A program made the position numbers and the translations under genes. DNA of 58,514 bases from an uncultured Thermoanaerobaculia bacterium (GTDB lineage: Bacteria > Acidobacteriota > UBA4820 > DSQY01), in NCBI GenBank assembly GCA_964537405.1, contig CAZIBS010000001.1, positions 2,035 through 60,548 of the forward strand. The letters are read 5' to 3'. The notes under the pieces are model-generated. The model was given only the letters and a program-made list of their open reading frames with translations, searched no databases and was not told the DNA's origin. The stretch's first letter is position 1, and each line of letters begins with the position of its first letter. This document shows positions 55,285 to 58,514 of the stretch, one piece after another.

Positions 55285-55925
55285 GCGGGAAGAGGAGGAT
55301 TGGTCTTCTCCTTAGTGGTTGTGGCGCCCTGGATGGCAGCGATCCACACGAAGCGATCTTCACCATGCTCGCCATCCAGCGTAAGGGCCATGATTGCCTT
55401 CCGATAACCATTGACGAAAAGCAGTTTCACTGCGTTGACCACGCCTCCGGAATTGAGTTGGCGGGAGAAGAGCGTTCGCAGTTGGTCGAATCGGCGCGCC
55501 TGGTGCGCGGAAAACTCTATACAGTGCCTGAAATAGCCCCAAAGCTTCTCAACGGCCTGGTTATTCCCGGCGGCCAGGGCGTGGTTAAGAACCTCCTTAC
55601 AAATTTCGGCGTCGTCAAAACGCCGGAAGTTGCTCCGGTTATTAAAGAGTTTCTCCTTGCCCTGCACGAAGCCGGAGCGGTGATAGCCTCACTCTCATTG
55701 GGGGAGTTCTTGCTCTCCGGTGCATTCGGTCCATGGGATGAAGACAAGGGCTGCCTCAATATGGCCCCCGGCGAGGTTCTTGTGGACGCCGGGCGGGGCC
55801 TCCTGATGGCGTCCGGCAGCCTGAACGCCGGTTCCCTCGCAGAGCTAAGCGAGTGCGTCAATAATCTCTGCGACGAACTTCTTCGCGTTATCGAAGGCAG
55901 GGATACGATAAGAAATCCTGATTGA
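55281..55925 (+). CDS. elbB: ElbB-like DJ-1/PfpI family protein
   Basis: LLSGCGALDGSDPHEA, LVESARLVRG, PGGQG; the nucleophile-elbow Cys appears to be replaced by Ser. Confidence 0.75.
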   Translation: MSGKRRIGLLLSGCGALDGSDPHEAIFTMLAIQRKGHDCLPITIDEKQFHCVDHASGIELAGEERSQLVESARLVRGKLYTVPEIAPKLLNGLVIPGGQGVVKNLLTNFGVVKTPEVAPVIKEFLLALHEAGAVIASLSLGEFLLSGAFGPWDEDKGCLNMAPGEVLVDAGRGLLMASGSLNAGSLAELSECVNNLCDELLRVIEGRDTIRNPD

Positions 55926-55951
55926 CTTGGCGCTGACATCAGCTCGCGACT

Positions 55952-56572
55952 TTACCGGGGAGAACTCTTCTTCGGGTTGCGTCCACCCGCATTGTTGCCC
56001 GGTTCTTTCCAGACGCTTGGCGGCGCGGGCGACCCCTTGCTAAACTCGGCGTGGAGTTGTTTTACCCCCAACCACCGGTATTTTCCCGTATTGAGGATCT
56101 TGACCTCGTATGCCGTCATTAGCCTGCCGTTTGAAAAGTCGTGTTGGCCCTCGTAGGTCACGAGTACCGCTGAGACTTCGCCGGTTGCGTTACTCACGAG
56201 GTAAACGCCGTCCGGCCAATGGACGAGGTTGTCCCAGTCATAGTAGAGGAGGACCCCGGCAATGAATCCTGCGACGAGCACGACAAGCACGATTACGGAA
56301 ACCGTGGAGGTGTGCTTGCCCCTGGCTTGTTTCTTTTGGGGTTGCGTCGTATCACCTTGAACGGGGTTTTCTACCGCCAGCTTTCTATCATACCGCGCTC
56401 GCTCGGTTGGGTTCAGAAGCACAGCTTTTGCCTGGCGGAGGCGGTCGGTGTTGTCTCCCTCGGTTATCCGCCCGATTTGTTGCAAATGGAGCCGCGTGTT
56501 CTCTATCCGTTTGGAAATTACTTCCGGCGCGGCGTCGGGTGCCGCGCCGATAAACTCATAGAGCGTCTTCAT
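55952..56572 (-). CDS. Membrane protein with an N-terminal J-like domain lacking HPD
   Basis: TLYEFIG...AKAVLLNPTERARYD, then one TM helix and a small beta domain. Confidence 0.6.
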   Translation of the reverse strand: MKTLYEFIGAAPDAAPEVISKRIENTRLHLQQIGRITEGDNTDRLRQAKAVLLNPTERARYDRKLAVENPVQGDTTQPQKKQARGKHTSTVSVIVLVVLVAGFIAGVLLYYDWDNLVHWPDGVYLVSNATGEVSAVLVTYEGQHDFSNGRLMTAYEVKILNTGKYRWLGVKQLHAEFSKGSPAPPSVWKEPGNNAGGRNPKKSSPR

Positions 56573-56605
56573 GGCTTCCTCCTCCGCTCTCGCCCTGTTT
56601 CAACT

Positions 56606-57886
56606 TCAAAGGCTCTTCGGTTTCTCGTCGCTCCAGAGATTTGCCAGGTACAGTCCCGTTTCGACCGACTTTGCCATCCAGTTAAGGGAGGCCCACTCCT
56701 TCACTCCATGGTAGTTCATACCGCCGGTGAAGATGTTCGGCGCCGGCAGTCCCTTAAAGCAGAGGGCGGAACCGTCCGTGCCGCCCCGGATGTAGGCTAA
56801 CGTCGGTTCGGTGCCGGTCTTTCGGACGGCCTCCATGGCCAATTCCACTATTTTAGGATATTTGTCCAGTACGACCTTCATGTTGCGGTAGGATTCTGAA
56901 ATGTCCACGTCTACCTTGGCTCCGGGGAAGGCGCTTTCGGCCTCTTTCGCAACCTTGATAAGGTCTTGCTCGCGCGCATGGAGGTCTTCGACGGTGAAGC
57001 CGCGCACGATGAGTTGCAGCGTCGCTTCTCCCACTTCTCCCGACATTGCAATAGGGTGGAGGTAGGATTCGCGTCCCTCGGTCGTCTCCGGAAGGTAGGA
57101 GGCCGGAAGATGATTGATGATGTCGGCCAGGACGCGAAGGGCGTTGATCATCTTGTCCTTTGCCAGGCCGGGGTGGATGTCGTAGCCGGTTACCTTGACG
57201 GAAGCAGAATCGCCGCAAAAGGTTTCGTCTTCTATCTCACCGAGGGCCGAACCGTCGAAGGTATAAGCGGCGTACGCGCCGAAGCGTTTTACGTCAAAGA
57301 AACGCGTGCCGTTTCCGGTTTCTTCGTCCGGGGTAAAGCCTATGCGGAGTTTTCCGTGCGGAACTTCAGGGTGATGGATGAACCAATCCGCGGTCGTCAT
57401 GATGGAGGCGACGCCGGCCTTGTCGTCGGCGCCAAGCAGGGTTGTGCCGTCGGTGGTAATAAGCGTGTGGCCGATGCAACGCTCAAGGAGGGGGTTTTCT
57501 TCAACCTTCAAGAGGGCTCCGGGCTTGCCGGGAAGGGAAATGTCGCCGCCGCCATAAGATTGTATGACCCGTGTTTTTACATCCTTTCCGCTCGTTCCGC
57601 CGTAGGTGTCAATGTGGGCAAGGTAGCCTATAACCGGGGCTTCTTTGCCGTCCGGAAGATTTGAGGGAAGGCTTCCGAACAGGTAGCCCTTTTCGTCGAG
57701 CGAAACCTCTTCGAGGCCGAGTTCCTTCATTTCCTTTTCCAGCAACCTTAGGAGGTCCCACTGCCTGGCGGTTGAGGGAAAGCTCCCGGAGTTTTCGTCC
57801 GATCCGGTGTCAATGGCCACGTACCGGATAAAACGTTGCAGCAACTGCAATTTGTCTTTTTCATTGAGGTTGATCTTGAGGTCCAT
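56606..57886 (-). CDS. pepT: Peptidase T (tripeptidase)
   Basis: AHIDT, TDGTTLLGADDKAG, FTPDEE, IRGGTDG, PNIFTGG; GAGGAG RBS favours ATG 57886. Confidence 0.93.
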   Translation of the reverse strand: MDLKINLNEKDKLQLLQRFIRYVAIDTGSDENSGSFPSTARQWDLLRLLEKEMKELGLEEVSLDEKGYLFGSLPSNLPDGKEAPVIGYLAHIDTYGGTSGKDVKTRVIQSYGGGDISLPGKPGALLKVEENPLLERCIGHTLITTDGTTLLGADDKAGVASIMTTADWFIHHPEVPHGKLRIGFTPDEETGNGTRFFDVKRFGAYAAYTFDGSALGEIEDETFCGDSASVKVTGYDIHPGLAKDKMINALRVLADIINHLPASYLPETTEGRESYLHPIAMSGEVGEATLQLIVRGFTVEDLHAREQDLIKVAKEAESAFPGAKVDVDISESYRNMKVVLDKYPKIVELAMEAVRKTGTEPTLAYIRGGTDGSALCFKGLPAPNIFTGGMNYHGVKEWASLNWMAKSVETGLYLANLWSDEKPKSL

Positions 57887-57906
57887 GCTGTTCTCCTCTC
57901 GGGCCA

Positions 57907-58514
57907 TTAGTCGGCATTAAAGTTCATAGCGGCGAGCTGCTCATAGAGGCGCCACCGCTTGCGGTTGTTTTCGTCGCCCTCCTTCATAAACAGTTTTGCG
58001 GAATCCGGATGGGTTTTTGTCAGCATCTTGAAGCGCGCCTCGGTCATGGCGTAGTCTTCGTAGCGGATCTTCGGGGCCTTTGAATCCAGCTTCATCGGGT
58101 TTTTGCCTTCCTTTTCAAGGTCGGGATTGAAGCGGAATAGAGGCCAGGCCGCGCTCTCCACTGCCAGTTTTTGGTGGTCCAGTCCATCCACCATGTCGTA
58201 TCCGTGGGCTATACAGTGGGAGTAGGCAACTATCAATGAAGGTCCGTCGTAGGCTTCTGCTGCGAGAAAAGCCCGGACCGTCTGGTTGTCGTTTGCGCCC
58301 ATCGCAACCCTGGCTACGTAAATGTTGCCATAGGTCACTGCTATCATGCAGAGATCCTTCTTCGGCAGTGGTTTGCCCCCGGCGGCAAACTTGGCTACCG
58401 CGCCCATGGGCGTCGCCTTGGAACATTGTCCGCCCGTGTTGGAGTACACCTCGGTATCCAGGACCAGAACGTTTACGTTCTTACCGGACGCCAGAACGTG
58501 GTCAAGGCCGCCGT
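57907..58514 (-). CDS. nifJ: Pyruvate:ferredoxin/flavodoxin oxidoreductase, C-terminal part (runs off the window)
   Basis: LDTEVYSNTGGQCSKATP, AKFAAGGK, AYSHCIAHG. Confidence 0.93.
   Translation of the reverse strand, partial: GGLDHVLASGKNVNVLVLDTEVYSNTGGQCSKATPMGAVAKFAAGGKPLPKKDLCMIAVTYGNIYVARVAMGANDNQTVRAFLAAEAYDGPSLIVAYSHCIAHGYDMVDGLDHQKLAVESAAWPLFRFNPDLEKEGKNPMKLDSKAPKIRYEDYAMTEARFKMLTKTHPDSAKLFMKEGDENNRKRWRLYEQLAAMNFNAD

Overview
GC-rich bacterial chromosomal segment. The gene content is compatible with an anaerobic diderm such as Acidobacteriota, but that is inference only. Housekeeping clusters, in order: a Ser/Thr kinase-DUF4390-ntrY/ntrX-like-MglA-like cluster; uppS-cdsA-dxr-rseP plus a degenerate crotonase and an acyl-CoA dehydrogenase; a minus-strand pta/GT2/acyltransferase/STAS/YigZ/CYTH/nucleotidyltransferase operon; ychF; a FecR-domain protein and GAF-GGDEF cyclase in front of mreBCD-mrdA-rodA-ThiF; rsmA, nrnA, elbB-like, pepT and the 3' end of PFOR. 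A ~16.6 kb copper/silver island (about 12601-29223) is bracketed by a 10-bp direct repeat and carries no mobility gene. It encodes a sigma-54 two-component system and a sigma-54 promoter, CusC/B/A-like and CopA exporters, and many odd accessory genes: a triple-HMBD protein, two His/Cys-substituted P-II proteins, a Met-rich secreted repeat protein, a flavoprotein with a Cys/His tail, a tandem Cys-rich CcmH-like protein, DUF2933 and DUF302. It also holds relic fragments of cusA and copA. The most unusual single gene is a receiver domain fused to an L-asparaginase whose catalytic segments are in permuted order (46353-47987). No tRNA, rRNA or CRISPR array was recognised. All calls come from reading motifs by eye; no database searches were run.
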